From the NCBI GenBank assembly GCA_050952625.1, contig JBMNLH010000001.1:1184001-1248000 (forward strand): a stretch of 64,000 nucleotides of DNA, written 5' to 3'. Of this stretch, positions 17,661-28,506 are shown piece by piece. The number at the start of each line of letters is the position of its first letter. The stretch's first letter is position 1. The stretch comes from Bacillota bacterium. GTDB lineage: Bacteria; Bacillota; Ch66; Ch109. Both the position numbers and the translations under genes were made by a program. Under the pieces are notes generated by a model. The model made no database searches. It worked only from the letters and a program-made list of their open reading frames with translations, and was not told the DNA's origin.

Positions 17661-20072
17661 ATGAAAAAAAAGCTGCAAGTATCTTTAGATCAGACAAGAC
17701 ATCGCTGTGATTATACCCAGTTTGAGTTTGAAACTACTGAACAGGTATTACCCCTCCACGGTTTTATGGGTCAGGAAAGAGCTAAACGAGCCATCGAATT
17801 TGGTTTACAAATTGAGAGCCATGGCTACAATATTTTTATGACTGGCCCTGGAGGAAGCGGAAAAACCTCATTTGCCCGTAAAGTAATAAACGAGTTCGCA
17901 GCTAACAAAGCACAACCTAATGACTGGCTATATGTGTATCATTTTAAACAACGGGAAAAACCAAGAGCTCTATGTCTTCCTCCCGGCTGGGGGTCAAAAT
18001 TAAAAAACAGCATGTTAGACTTCATTGAAGAACTAAAAAAAGAAATACCCCGCGTTTTTGGTGGGGAAGAGTATGAAAAGCTTAAAGGAAAGATACTGGA
18101 AAAGTTTTATGCCCAAACAAATGAAATCTATCAAGAATTAGAACAATTTGCCCGAGGTGAAGATTTTGCCATCACTAAGACAGGCAATGGGTTAGCTAGT
18201 GTTCCTCTAATTAATGGACAGCCGGTAAGTGAAGAAGAATATGAAAACCAGCCAGATGAAATCAAAGAGAGTATTAAGGAACGTAACCGTCGAGTTCAAG
18301 AAAAAATGAATGAATCAATGTGGCGGTATAAAGAGTTAGAACGGCATACTAAAAACCGAATAAGCAAGCTTGAACAAGAGGTGGCTCATGAGACAATTGG
18401 CCCGTTTATCAATGAGATAAAGTCAGAATTCGAACATTTCCCCGAGGTGATTGAGTATCTAGAAGAAGTCGAAAATGATTTAGTTGAAAATCTTGACATC
18501 TTTATTGAGAAAGAAGAATCTCAAAATCCGGCTGCTCTATTTAAACGGTTAGCTCGCCAAAACATTTTTTATCGATACCAGATTAATCTACTCGTTGATA
18601 ACTCGGAGCTAAGAGGAGCACCAGTGATCGAAGAAAAAAATCCTACTTTTGGCAACCTTTTTGGAACTATTGAATATGAAGGAGAATTCGGGGTTCTCTC
18701 AACCGATTTTACGAAAATAAAAAAAGGGGCTATTCATCAGGCTAATGGAGGCTACTTAATTTTACAAGCAGCGGATGTTTTAAAGAGTGGTATTATTTGG
18801 GATACTTTAAAAAGAATCTTGCGTAATCGGGAAGTTGTTATTGAGAGTGTTTTTCGTAATCTTAATTTAGGCGGGGCAGTTACTCTCGATCCCCAGCCAA
18901 TCCCGATCAATCTTAAAGTTATTCTAATTGGTGAGCCATATCTCTATCATTTGCTTTACACTTATGATGAAGATTTTCGTAAATTATTTAAGATTAAAGC
19001 AGATTTTGATACTGAAATAGATCGGACCCGAGAATATATGGAGAAGTATGCTAGTTTTATCAGTCAAGCTTGCTACCGAGATAATCTTAAACATTTTGAT
19101 CGGACTGCGGTGGCTCGAGTAATTGAGTATAGTTCGCGTTTAGCAGAAGATCAAAATAAACTTTCAACATTATTTAATCAAATTGGAGAAATAGTAATTG
19201 AAGCGGCAACCTGGGCCACTATTAAAGATTCTGAGTTTGTTACTGCGGAACATGTGGATATGGCGATAAAGGAAAAGAATTATCGTTCTAATCGCCTTGA
19301 ATTGAAAATTCAGGAATTGATTAAAGAAGGCACTCTGATGATCGATATTGAAGGAAAGATTGTTGGACAGGTAAACGGGTTGGCTGTTTATAGTCTAGGA
19401 GACCATACCTTTGGGAAACCAAGTCGAATTACGGCCAAGACCTTTATGGGGGGAAGGGGCGTAATCAACATTGAACGTGAATCCAGAATGAGCGGGCAAA
19501 TCCATGATAAAGGGATTTTGATCTTAAGCGGCTATCTAGGTGGTCAGTATGCTCAGGATAAACCCTTGACCCTCTCCGCTAGTCTTACTTTTGAACAGTT
19601 ATACGGCGGGATAGAAGGGGACAGTGCTTCGAGTGCCGAATTATTTGCCCTTCTTTCCAGTCTTTCTGGTCTGCCTATTGATCAGGGGATTGCAGTTACT
19701 GGTTCAGTCAACCAACGGGGTGAGATTCAACCAGTTGGCGGGATAAATTATAAGATTGAAGGGTTCTTTCGGGTTTGTCAGGAACGTGGGTTAAACGGCC
19801 AACAGGGAGTAATTATCCCTAAACAAAACCTGAGAAACTTGATGCTTGAGGATGAGGTTGTTCAAGCAATAAGCGAAGGGAAATTTAATATTTGGGCAAT
19901 CAATCACGTTGATCAGGGGATAGAAATCTTGACTGGAGTACCGGCTGGCATAAAGCGTAAAGATGGGAAGTTTCCGGCTGGGACCGTTCATTATTTAGTT
20001 GATAAACAATTAAAAGCTTGGGCACGCAAAAATCGTCCTAGATTAACCAGTAATTCTCGAGATAAAGATTAG
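17661..20072 (+). CDS. Lon-family (LonB/LonC-like) ATP-dependent protease
   Basis: GPGGSGKT, HQANGG, GQVNGL, catalytic GDSAS and GGINYK. Confidence 0.9.
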   Translation: MKKKLQVSLDQTRHRCDYTQFEFETTEQVLPLHGFMGQERAKRAIEFGLQIESHGYNIFMTGPGGSGKTSFARKVINEFAANKAQPNDWLYVYHFKQREKPRALCLPPGWGSKLKNSMLDFIEELKKEIPRVFGGEEYEKLKGKILEKFYAQTNEIYQELEQFARGEDFAITKTGNGLASVPLINGQPVSEEEYENQPDEIKESIKERNRRVQEKMNESMWRYKELERHTKNRISKLEQEVAHETIGPFINEIKSEFEHFPEVIEYLEEVENDLVENLDIFIEKEESQNPAALFKRLARQNIFYRYQINLLVDNSELRGAPVIEEKNPTFGNLFGTIEYEGEFGVLSTDFTKIKKGAIHQANGGYLILQAADVLKSGIIWDTLKRILRNREVVIESVFRNLNLGGAVTLDPQPIPINLKVILIGEPYLYHLLYTYDEDFRKLFKIKADFDTEIDRTREYMEKYASFISQACYRDNLKHFDRTAVARVIEYSSRLAEDQNKLSTLFNQIGEIVIEAATWATIKDSEFVTAEHVDMAIKEKNYRSNRLELKIQELIKEGTLMIDIEGKIVGQVNGLAVYSLGDHTFGKPSRITAKTFMGGRGVINIERESRMSGQIHDKGILILSGYLGGQYAQDKPLTLSASLTFEQLYGGIEGDSASSAELFALLSSLSGLPIDQGIAVTGSVNQRGEIQPVGGINYKIEGFFRVCQERGLNGQQGVIIPKQNLRNLMLEDEVVQAISEGKFNIWAINHVDQGIEILTGVPAGIKRKDGKFPAGTVHYLVDKQLKAWARKNRPRLTSNSRDKD

Positions 20073-20091
20073 GAGTACTTGATTCGATTTA

Positions 20092-20427
20092 TTGGAGGTG
20101 TTGTTATTGATAAAAAAAAGCAGCAAAGGTAAACGGTTAGGTTTAGGGTCGGGGTTACTATTTTTTTTCTTATTAACTATGTTAGCTGGGTGTCAATTAC
20201 CGGGATCTCAGACAAAAACTCCTGAGTCAACTCCGGTTTTAACCAAAGTTGAGGTGCATTTTACCGGGAATTCAGAACCTCTTGTCGGATATGTTAAAGA
20301 TTTAGATGTAGCTAATGATGGAACTGTGTATCAAGGCGGTTCTTCAATCGCCCGGCTATATGATCAGAATGGTAATTTAATAGCTGTTTTTAATTATGCT
20401 CGTGTTGAATACATTAAAATTATTTAA
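20092..20427 (+). CDS. Hypothetical lipoprotein
   Basis: Basic N-terminus, hydrophobic stretch, lipobox LAGC. Confidence 0.7.
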   Translation: MEVLLLIKKSSKGKRLGLGSGLLFFFLLTMLAGCQLPGSQTKTPESTPVLTKVEVHFTGNSEPLVGYVKDLDVANDGTVYQGGSSIARLYDQNGNLIAVFNYARVEYIKII

Positions 20428-20574
20428 AAGAAGGATTTTCTGACCTTATGTAGAAAAATCTAACAATAAGTATTTTAGCAATGAAGGGAGGGACTTAAGC
20501 TTCTTCTACTAATTTAAATCCTTGGGAATATAGCTACAGACATACTCTATTTTCCGGCTAACAGGAGGGAGCGG

Positions 20575-22269
20575 ATGAAGAAAATACGGATTGGGGTTAG
20601 GCTAAAACTAGGCATTGTTTTTGCTGCAGTAGTAATTCTTCTGGCACTAAGTATGGGAACTTATGCCTACGTAACCATGAAGGACAAAGTAATTGAATCT
20701 GCTCAAGAAAAATTAGAATCTGACTTGCAGTTAGGTAGGAAGTTATTAGAAACTCGTTACCCAGGGGATTGGTCTATTAAACAGGGTCAACTCTACAAAG
20801 GGGATACCTTAATGGAAGGTGATCTAAGTATAATAGACGAGATCGGAAACCTAACTTCCGACTCGGTTACCATCTTTAGGGGCAATACACGAGTCGCTAC
20901 TAATGTTTCTATTGATGGAGTACGGCAAGTTAATACCCAAGCCGCACCACAGGTTCAAGAAACAGTACTGCGTCAAGGCAAAACTTTCCTAGGAGAAGCT
21001 GATGTCGTAGGAATTCGTAACCTAACCGCTTATGAACCAATTCTCAATTCACAGAATGAAGTAATTGGGATGTGGTTCGTGGGAGTACCAGTGACTCCAT
21101 ATGAGCAGATGGTGGATAAATTCCGCAATAGTTTGGTTTTATTTGGTATATTCGGGTATCTACTAACCATGAGCGCAGCCGGAATATTCTCTTCAAAAAT
21201 ATCAAAAAGAATTTTGCTGGTAGCCGAGGCTATGAAAAAGGCAGAAGCTGGGGATTTGACAACCACCGTTCAGCTTAAGGTTAATGACGAACTGGGACAA
21301 TTAGCCTGTAGTTTCAACCAAATGATGGCTAACTTGCAAGGTCTCATTCATAAGATTGATGAGGTTGGTCTGCAGATTAATAGTTCCGCCGAAGAATTAA
21401 GTGCCGGAGCTGAAGAAACTGCAGAGGCTATCGGAGTGATGACCAATAGCCTTCAGGAAGTTACTGTAAATACAATGACTCAGTCTAACAATGTTGATAA
21501 GACAGCTACTATGGTAGAACGAATGTCCGAAGGTGTTCAACAAGTAGCCCGTAACTCAGCCCAAGCTTCAACTGCCTCCCTAGAAGCGGCCGGAGTGGCT
21601 GAAGAAGGGGGCGACCTGATCAAGCGGGCAGTTGGTCAAATGACGGTAATCGACAAGACAGTTACGGATTCAGCCTTAAAAGTTCAATCCTTGGGAGAAA
21701 AATCCCTGGAAATAGGACAGATTGTTGATGTTATTACCAGCATCGCTGGACAAACAAACTTATTAGCCCTTAATGCAGCCATTGAGGCAGCACGGGCAGG
21801 AGAACAAGGACGTGGATTTGCAGTTGTGGCTGAGGAAGTGCGGCAGCTAGCCGAACAGTCCGCGGAAGCAGCTAAAAGAATCGCCCAGTTAATTAATGAG
21901 ATCCAGCAAGAGACCCAAATTGCAGTTCAGGCGATGAACCAGGGGACAATAGAGGTTAAGAACGGCCTGGAAGCTGTCTCTTGCGCGGGCAAGTCCTTTG
22001 CTGACATCGTCCAGGCTATTCAGAAAGTGAATCGGGAAATTGAAGCAGTAAGTGCTTCTAATCAAGAAATTGCGGCCAACTCCGAGGAAGTGGCGCGAGC
22101 GGCTGGTGGAATTCGTAATCTAGCTCTAAATTGTTCTGCCGGTGCTAGAGAAGTTTCCGCAACGGCTGAAAAACAATTGTCAGCTACCCAGCAGGTTGCT
22201 AACTCCGCTATTGCCTTGGCCCGTATTTCTCAGGATTTAAAAGAAGCTGTACAACAGTTTAAAATCTAG
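20575..22269 (+). CDS. Methyl-accepting chemotaxis protein (Cache + HAMP)
   Basis: Two TM helices, Cache-like sensor ([12 protein letters not shown]), HAMP (DELGQL), [31 protein letters not shown]. Confidence 0.95.
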   Translation: MKKIRIGVRLKLGIVFAAVVILLALSMGTYAYVTMKDKVIESAQEKLESDLQLGRKLLETRYPGDWSIKQGQLYKGDTLMEGDLSIIDEIGNLTSDSVTIFRGNTRVATNVSIDGVRQVNTQAAPQVQETVLRQGKTFLGEADVVGIRNLTAYEPILNSQNEVIGMWFVGVPVTPYEQMVDKFRNSLVLFGIFGYLLTMSAAGIFSSKISKRILLVAEAMKKAEAGDLTTTVQLKVNDELGQLACSFNQMMANLQGLIHKIDEVGLQINSSAEELSAGAEETAEAIGVMTNSLQEVTVNTMTQSNNVDKTATMVERMSEGVQQVARNSAQASTASLEAAGVAEEGGDLIKRAVGQMTVIDKTVTDSALKVQSLGEKSLEIGQIVDVITSIAGQTNLLALNAAIEAARAGEQGRGFAVVAEEVRQLAEQSAEAAKRIAQLINEIQQETQIAVQAMNQGTIEVKNGLEAVSCAGKSFADIVQAIQKVNREIEAVSASNQEIAANSEEVARAAGGIRNLALNCSAGAREVSATAEKQLSATQQVANSAIALARISQDLKEAVQQFKI

Positions 22270-22300
22270 TCTCTTTAAATCTAATCTCAAAGGAAAATTT

Positions 22301-22330
22301 ATTTCTAGCAATTTCTAGCAATTTATAGCA
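22301..22330. repeat. 3x 10-bp tandem repeat
   Basis: ATTTCTAGCA ATTTCTAGCA ATTTATAGCA. Confidence 0.85.
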
Positions 22331-22438
22331 ATAAACCCGGATCCGAATTATGATTAAGTAGATCTGGGTTTGTTACTTTTGACTTCCTAATTTACAATTT
22401 TAAATAGACTTAATTATTATAATGATGGAGACAATTAC

Positions 22439-23125
22439 ATGGTGCAAATTCTTGATTTTGTAGTTCGTAAGCGATTAGGCTTTGACGTTCGAATAAACTC
22501 TGACCAGGCAACAGTTGAAGACTACCGCCGGGCACTTAATGAATGGATAGATCATAAGAAATGGGATCGTTTACGAAATCCATCAGTGATTAATTGTGCC
22601 GGCTGTAATTGCTGTTGTCAGGAACGCATTCCTCTAACGATAATAGATATTATAAACCTTAAACAAGCTAACGAGCCCGGAGTCGAGGCCGACAATACAA
22701 TTGTCGGAGGAGTACAAAAATGGGGATATGTTTGGGCAAAAGGTCCAGTCGTTGATATTACGCTCCGGCGAATGATTAGTGGAACCTGTACATTTCTTGA
22801 TCCGAGCACCTCGCTTTGCCGAATATATGCACATCGTCCCTTCGTTTGTCAAACTTATATTTGTTGTCCCAGCAGTCAGAGAGCTCAGTCCTTACGCGAA
22901 GCAATAGTCAATATAGGGGAAGATGAGCTGGTCCGATTATGGTTACAAGAGTTAATTCAATCAGAAGTAGACATTCAAAACTCCCCGCCAGTGAACCAGG
23001 GTAAAGAAGTATGTTTGTCCCTGAAAGATTGGTCGGCTACCCCTTTTACCGGGGCCGAAAGCTGGTCAAAAGTTAAACTGAGAGATTTATGCACCGACCA
23101 TTTATGGGAAGCTCTACGACGATGA
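22439..23125 (+). CDS. YkgJ family cysteine-cluster protein
   Basis: CAGCNCCC, CTFLD...CRIY..RPFVC motifs. Confidence 0.85.
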   Translation: MVQILDFVVRKRLGFDVRINSDQATVEDYRRALNEWIDHKKWDRLRNPSVINCAGCNCCCQERIPLTIIDIINLKQANEPGVEADNTIVGGVQKWGYVWAKGPVVDITLRRMISGTCTFLDPSTSLCRIYAHRPFVCQTYICCPSSQRAQSLREAIVNIGEDELVRLWLQELIQSEVDIQNSPPVNQGKEVCLSLKDWSATPFTGAESWSKVKLRDLCTDHLWEALRR

Positions 23126-23263
23126 GGCTATTCTTTCCCCAAGAGCCTCGAATTACCGAAGAAAAAGAACAAAGCCAACCAGGAAAAACAATAACAATAG
23201 CGAATTAAAGATATAGGAATATCAACTGGTATTGCAGGTTGTGATTTATAAGGGGGGATTAGC

Positions 23264-23458
23264 GTGTCCGTTCAAGAACAGGAGAAGTTTGTTCAAACCC
23301 GGTGCGCCTTTTGTGGTCGTAAAGAGGACATACCAGCCGGTCATAAAGACTATGAAAAAATTAGGTTAAATGTAAAAGTTGTATATATTTGTAATCATTG
23401 TAATAACAAGGCGCGTTATGATGCTGATGAATCATTAAAACCCAAAAAACCGATGTAA
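23264..23458 (+). CDS. Small Zn-ribbon protein, DUF2197/YlaI-like
   Basis: CAFC...YICNHC; SD AAGGGGGG; SigH-like promoter at 23181-23205. Confidence 0.65.
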   Translation: MSVQEQEKFVQTRCAFCGRKEDIPAGHKDYEKIRLNVKVVYICNHCNNKARYDADESLKPKKPM

Positions 23459-23483
23459 GTTTAAAGGAACGAAGGGATTACCG

Positions 23484-24287
23484 TTGGAAAAAGTATGGTT
23501 TACTAATTCACGGGGAGAGAGACTCGCTGCAGTATTTCAACAGCCAGAGTGTACACCAGGAGCCACCCTGATCATAACCCATGGGTTTCGCGGTAGTAAA
23601 GAGGGAGGCGGTCGGGCGGTCCTCTTGGGTGAAGAATTGGTAAAGCGGGGTTATGGCGTATTCCGGTTTGATTTTAGTGGTGTTGGGGAAAGTGAAGGAG
23701 ATTTTTCAGAAATCACCCTGGCCCGTCAGGTTGATGACTTGCTGGCGGCAGTGAATTGGGTCCTTAATTTTGGTACCGGTCCCAGGATACCCTTAGTAGG
23801 ACTTGGGCGCAGTTTCGGAGGAAGTACTTTGCTTGCGGCAACTGCCAAGGAATCAAGAATTGCCGGGGTTTGCTTGTGGTCAACGCCTTTCGACCTCCCC
23901 CAAACATTTAGGCGGATTTTAGGAGAATACTTCACCCGGCTGGAGTTAGGAGAAACAATAGTCGAACTATGTGATGAGAAGGGAGTATTCAGCCTAAAAC
24001 CTGATTTTGTCCACGGCCTCTATCATTTCAAAGTGGAACAAGTGCTGAGCCGGCTTAGTCCACGTCCGGTCCTGATTATTCATGGTGAAAATGATGAAGT
24101 AGTTGATGTTCAACAGGCCAAACAGACTTATGCCTTAGCTTCGCAACCTAAGTCAATTCACATCATTCCCAAGGGAGATCATCAGTTTCTGCAAACTTGG
24201 GAACAGGTCTGGCGTCTGCTGTTTGAATGGCTTGATCAGTATTATCCGGTCGCGGATAAGCAAATTAACACATTGGGTTTGTTGTAA
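23484..24287 (+). CDS. Alpha/beta hydrolase
   Basis: HGF, FDFSGVGESEG, nucleophile elbow GRSFG, HGENDEVV, GDH. Confidence 0.9.
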   Translation: MEKVWFTNSRGERLAAVFQQPECTPGATLIITHGFRGSKEGGGRAVLLGEELVKRGYGVFRFDFSGVGESEGDFSEITLARQVDDLLAAVNWVLNFGTGPRIPLVGLGRSFGGSTLLAATAKESRIAGVCLWSTPFDLPQTFRRILGEYFTRLELGETIVELCDEKGVFSLKPDFVHGLYHFKVEQVLSRLSPRPVLIIHGENDEVVDVQQAKQTYALASQPKSIHIIPKGDHQFLQTWEQVWRLLFEWLDQYYPVADKQINTLGLL

Positions 24288-24336
24288 CAAGTAATTAATT
24301 TAAGTTAATTAAAAATAAGTCCATTAATTTATGACA

Positions 24337-24370
24337 AGAGTCCTCTTTATTAATTGAGGACTCTATTTTT
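24337..24370 (+). terminator. Rho-independent terminator
   Basis: AGAGTCCTC/GAGGACTCT stem plus T-tract. Confidence 0.7.
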
Positions 24371-24509
24371 ATGTCGATTCTCTCTAGAATAATAATACAA
24401 TAAATCAAAAATAATGTTAATATATTACAAAATTGGATGAAGGAAACATAAATTATTTATAGAAAATAAATTGGTATAAACTGTAACTTTGATAGGGGGG
24501 TACTTTATC

Positions 24510-25550
24510 ATGGGTAAGGCTAAGCCTCGTAAACAACAATTGCCGGCAGAACGAAAAGAGGTTGCCGAGAAAAAAATACTCCAGCCAGCACCTATTACGG
24601 TCCCAGCACCCATGCCTTTATTGTCAACATCAGCAGGTAAATTAAATCACAGTGTTGAAGAATTATTTTTTGAAGTTGACCAAGTACATACTCTGGAAAC
24701 CCGTCTCAAAAGAAAAGATAACCTGCTGCAGCAACAGCAGAAGAAGATCCAATCTCTAAAGCAACGGATAACTCGCCTAGAGGAAGAAGCGCGTAATCGC
24801 AACCGAACCATCGCTAGTTACCAAGCTGAATTAATTCAATTCAGCAAGGATCTGGAAGATCGACAAAGTCAAATTAAAGCATTGGAGGCTAGTGTTGAGG
24901 AAATTTGCCAACAAATCGAAGATGTTCAAAAGGAAAAACAATTAACGGAGGAAGAAAAATCTCAACTTGCGACGGAATTAACCAAAGTTCAGAATAAATT
25001 AGCGATGGCCGAAAAAGAGATTGGCGGTCTGAGGACTGAACTTAAACAAAAGGTCCAGGACTCAGCTCTAATCAGTAAAGAGTTGAAGGAACAAAAAAAA
25101 GCTTATCATGAATTACAAGAGTCATTTGATGTTTTATTAGCTCAAAATACCGGTTTGGACCGGCAGGTACAAGATTTAAAACGGCTCCGAGAAGAAATGG
25201 AAAGCCGATATACTAAAACTCTTGATAACCTTAAGGCTGAAGTTAGAATTCGCCAAGGTGAGTGCAGTAAACTTCTTCGTGAATTACAAGAATTAAAAAG
25301 AGAAAGGGAGGATCTAGAAAGGCTTATCGATGGCATTGAACTAAAAGCTGAGATGTTAACCTCAAATAATGCTTCCTTACAAAGAAAGCTGGAGAAGGCT
25401 AATCGTCAAAAGTCCAATCTTGAAGGGCAACTAAATAATTGGTTGGTTCGAGGTGCAATGGCAATTGTCCGATTCTTCGGGCGATGGTCGGACGCTGAGG
25501 ATACTCAAGACACACGTGTATCCGTCGATAAGCAACAGGTTATGCTATAA
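24510..25550 (+). CDS. Long coiled-coil protein of unknown function
   Basis: SD AGGGGGG before ATG 24510; long heptad-rich E/K/Q/L rod. Confidence 0.75.
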   Translation: MGKAKPRKQQLPAERKEVAEKKILQPAPITVPAPMPLLSTSAGKLNHSVEELFFEVDQVHTLETRLKRKDNLLQQQQKKIQSLKQRITRLEEEARNRNRTIASYQAELIQFSKDLEDRQSQIKALEASVEEICQQIEDVQKEKQLTEEEKSQLATELTKVQNKLAMAEKEIGGLRTELKQKVQDSALISKELKEQKKAYHELQESFDVLLAQNTGLDRQVQDLKRLREEMESRYTKTLDNLKAEVRIRQGECSKLLRELQELKREREDLERLIDGIELKAEMLTSNNASLQRKLEKANRQKSNLEGQLNNWLVRGAMAIVRFFGRWSDAEDTQDTRVSVDKQQVML

Positions 25551-25720
25551 AAAAATGTAAGCAAATTACCCCCTCCCCTGTGTCACTCCGGTGAGCAGGG
25601 GGTTTTTTCTGGCTTTTCATAAATCTACTATGATAAATTTTAAGAATTATTTAATATGACACATTTGGCCGGTAAAAGGGTACAATAATGATGCTGATTA
25701 TTAAACAAGGGATGAGAGAC

Positions 25721-26896
25721 ATGCCTAACTCAATCTGGTTATATCGCTTGTATGATGTAGCTGAAGAAATCAACTTAAACCTCGTCGAACATATTCTAGC
25801 CGATACTCGTTCGGCTTCACGGGTCCGTTTGTACCGATTTCCCAGTCAGTCCATCTACTTTCATAACCCGCCAGTAGCCATGGTCTTAGATCAAGTTAAA
25901 GTTAGGTTAGGTTCGGCTACTTTTCAAGGTCATTTCTCAGGTAAGGTCTATGCTTTAGGAGTCATTTCTCTAATCTTAAAAATTGACCTTCCAGCAGAGG
26001 ATTATGAGTCAATTAAAGAATTAGCTTTTTTGCTAGAAGCCCAGGAAAAGATAAAAACTGATGGGGATTCGGATTACGTTAACGAAATAACGGCACCGGT
26101 GTTTTCTTCAATCCATGACTCTTCCCATTACTCTTCGGGTCAGCTTAGTAAGGTAGAAGATGGCCAGGTTGAGGCTCTTTTTTTTAATCAGATCGGTTCG
26201 GTCTGCGAAATCCTGGCTCCGGCTTTAATTAAACCTAGTCAACGTTTCTTTGTCGAGGACTACACTGTGTTCTTTTGCACCGCTTGGCAAGAGGAGTGGG
26301 ACCCGTTACCGCTGCTTTTAGGAGAAGATGGGCCTTTTAGTCCTCAACTCCGTGAGGATACCCGGCGCTACTCTTTAAGTTATAGTCCAGATGATCTAAC
26401 GATCATTACCTGGGATTCCGCTTTAGTCTACGATACTGCCGGCAGTCAGGACATTCCTTATTTGCTTGAGTTTGCTGTGTGTCAATTGTTGGAATTGCGT
26501 TATTATGACCACCGCCTAAATGAGGAAATTGCCAAAATGTATGACGCCATTGAGGAAGCCCAACAGGTTACTCCCTATCGACGGTATGGCCAGTATCGAC
26601 GAATTATGAAACAAATGATGGAACTGGTAATTGATATAAATGATATTACGGAACGGATTCAAAATTCCTTAAAGGTTACCGGAGATATCTATTACGCCCG
26701 TGTTTATCGCGCAGCCCTGGATGCCTTTCGCTCAAAGATTTGGATGGAAAGTCTTGACCGTAAAGTATCTCTCATTCAACAGAACTACAGCCTTTTAAAT
26801 AACGAAATCGTGAATGAGCGGGGAGCCCTTTTGGAATTGGCAATTGTTTTATTGATTATCCTGGAGATAGTTTTAGGACTCCTCCAGTTGTTGTAA
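25721..26896 (+). CDS. Conserved hypothetical protein, RMD1/DUF155-like, with C-terminal TM helix
   Basis: YRLYDVAEEI N-terminus, QLLELRYYD, C-terminal LELAIVLLIILEI; start chosen from SD (ORF track gives 25688). Confidence 0.6.
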   Translation: MPNSIWLYRLYDVAEEINLNLVEHILADTRSASRVRLYRFPSQSIYFHNPPVAMVLDQVKVRLGSATFQGHFSGKVYALGVISLILKIDLPAEDYESIKELAFLLEAQEKIKTDGDSDYVNEITAPVFSSIHDSSHYSSGQLSKVEDGQVEALFFNQIGSVCEILAPALIKPSQRFFVEDYTVFFCTAWQEEWDPLPLLLGEDGPFSPQLREDTRRYSLSYSPDDLTIITWDSALVYDTAGSQDIPYLLEFAVCQLLELRYYDHRLNEEIAKMYDAIEEAQQVTPYRRYGQYRRIMKQMMELVIDINDITERIQNSLKVTGDIYYARVYRAALDAFRSKIWMESLDRKVSLIQQNYSLLNNEIVNERGALLELAIVLLIILEIVLGLLQLL

Positions 26897-27142
26897 GGCA
26901 CGAGACGTGCCGTCTGCAATTGACCATCTGCAACATCATGTTATCTTCCCGGCCTTATTCAGCCAAATCAAACACAAGCATTGATTATTATACATTGTTT
27001 ATACTTAGAGACAGTAAATCGGCTGTCTTTTTTTATTTATTTTTGGTCTGTTAATAACAAAGTCAAAAAGGTCACAGTCTAGCCAGTAAATGAATATAAT
27101 GGATTAATCTTAACCCAGGATAAAAGGAGGGTTTATCCGAGA

Positions 27143-27379
27143 ATGGATAAGATATCGCACCCGGATAAAAAACTGGCCCGGGCTTATGTGCCATTTCAGG
27201 TTTACTCAACGCGGTGGGGACCGCTAGAGGGGCTAAAAAAAGGAACTATCTTCCCAGAACTCTACCATCCATACATTAAGCAAAGAAATAAATACCAGGA
27301 TAAACGGCACCACAAACATGAACAGTTGCCGGAACAATACTTGCCCGAACACCCAAAGCAGAAGTGGGGGAGGGAATAA
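27143..27379 (+). CDS. cotJA: Spore coat-associated protein CotJA
   Basis: LARAYVPFQ..GLKKGTIFPELY motif. Confidence 0.88.
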   Translation: MDKISHPDKKLARAYVPFQVYSTRWGPLEGLKKGTIFPELYHPYIKQRNKYQDKRHHKHEQLPEQYLPEHPKQKWGRE

Positions 27380-27380
27380 A

Positions 27381-27641
27381 ATGATAAGCGAAGCCCAAAA
27401 AAGACTGTTGCTATCTATTCAGGCGATTGAATTCACGGCCTTAGAATTAAATCTATACCTGGATACTCATCCAGATGATAAAAAGGCCTTGTCCGATTAC
27501 AATGCCGCTAGCCGTCAATTTCTGAGTTTAAAACGTGAATATGAAGCCCGTTACGGTCCATTAACCAATTTTGGTTACGCTCCCAGTCAGTTTCCTTGGC
27601 AATGGATCAATGAACCTTGGCCTTGGGAGATTATGTTCTAA
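27381..27641 (+). CDS. cotJB: Spore coat protein CotJB
   Basis: ELNLYLDTHP, YGPL, WINEPWPWE; ATG at 27381. Confidence 0.92.
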   Translation: MISEAQKRLLLSIQAIEFTALELNLYLDTHPDDKKALSDYNAASRQFLSLKREYEARYGPLTNFGYAPSQFPWQWINEPWPWEIMF

Positions 27642-27661
27642 AGAGAAGGGAGACTCAACTA

Positions 27662-28234
27662 ATGTGGGTGTATGAAAAAAAATTACAATACCCGGTTAGA
27701 GTTAGCGGTCCTAACCCCAAACTGGCCAAAACCATTATCACGCAATATGGAGGACCGGATGGAGAACTAGCTGCTTCTTTGCGCTACCTAACGCAGCGGT
27801 ACACCATGCCAATACCTCAAGGCAAGGCAATTCTCACGGATATTGGCACCGAAGAACTAGCCCATATGGAGATAGTGGCCGCCTTAGTTTATAATCTGAC
27901 GAAAGATGCCTCGATTGAGGAGATAAAAGCGGCCGGGATGGAAGGGTACTATGCTGATCACGACAAAGCCTTGTATTTTGTCAATGGTGATGGGGTGCCC
28001 TGGACCGCTGCCTATATCCAGTCCAAAGGAGACCCAATAACCGATTTGTATGAGAATTTGGCGGCCGAAGAAAAGGCCCGCTCAACTTATGAGTGGTTAA
28101 TCAACCTGTCCGATGATCCCTGCGTAACTGATGTTTTACGCTACTTGCGGCAAAGAGAGGTCGTTCATTTCCAGCGGTTTGGCGAAACCTTGGAGTTAGT
28201 CTACGAATATGTAAACAGTAAAAAGTATTACTAA
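27662..28234 (+). CDS. cotJC: CotJC, manganese catalase family
   Basis: MWVYEKKLQYPV, GGPDGE, DIGTEELAH, REVVHFQRF. Confidence 0.93.
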   Translation: MWVYEKKLQYPVRVSGPNPKLAKTIITQYGGPDGELAASLRYLTQRYTMPIPQGKAILTDIGTEELAHMEIVAALVYNLTKDASIEEIKAAGMEGYYADHDKALYFVNGDGVPWTAAYIQSKGDPITDLYENLAAEEKARSTYEWLINLSDDPCVTDVLRYLRQREVVHFQRFGETLELVYEYVNSKKYY

Positions 28235-28272
28235 AGCTATAATCATTTTAACTAATTCTTGTATAAGCCTAA

Positions 28273-28458
28273 CTACCATCGATACCCAGGTACAACCAAA
28301 AACACCATCAAGGGAGCAGTCAAAGTAAGTAGGGCTACAGTCCAAATTCCGACTGCTCCCAGCCAGTTTTTTTGCCGGGCCGCCCAGATCCCGAAACTAA
28401 CCAAATATATGGCTGAGCTAACCGTTACTAATCCACCAAAAATCATCCAGAAAACCAA
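28273..28458 (-). CDS. Small two-TM membrane protein at the end of the ger operon
   Basis: SD GGAGGG plus TTG; two hydrophobic helices. Confidence 0.6.
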   Translation of the reverse strand: MVFWMIFGGLVTVSSAIYLVSFGIWAARQKNWLGAVGIWTVALLTLTAPLMVFLVVPGYRW

Positions 28459-28506
28459 TCATCATCCCTCCATTGCCCGTAATTAATTAAGGCAGCTGCA
28501 ACTTGA

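Noticed and set aside
26897-26911. GGCACG-AGA-CGTGCC as a REP element
   Set aside because: Single short hairpin, no other copy seen in the window and no associated transposase
27318-27380. Cys-containing N-terminal extension of CotJB
   Set aside because: Overlaps cotJA in another frame and has no SD; ATG 27381 has a good SD
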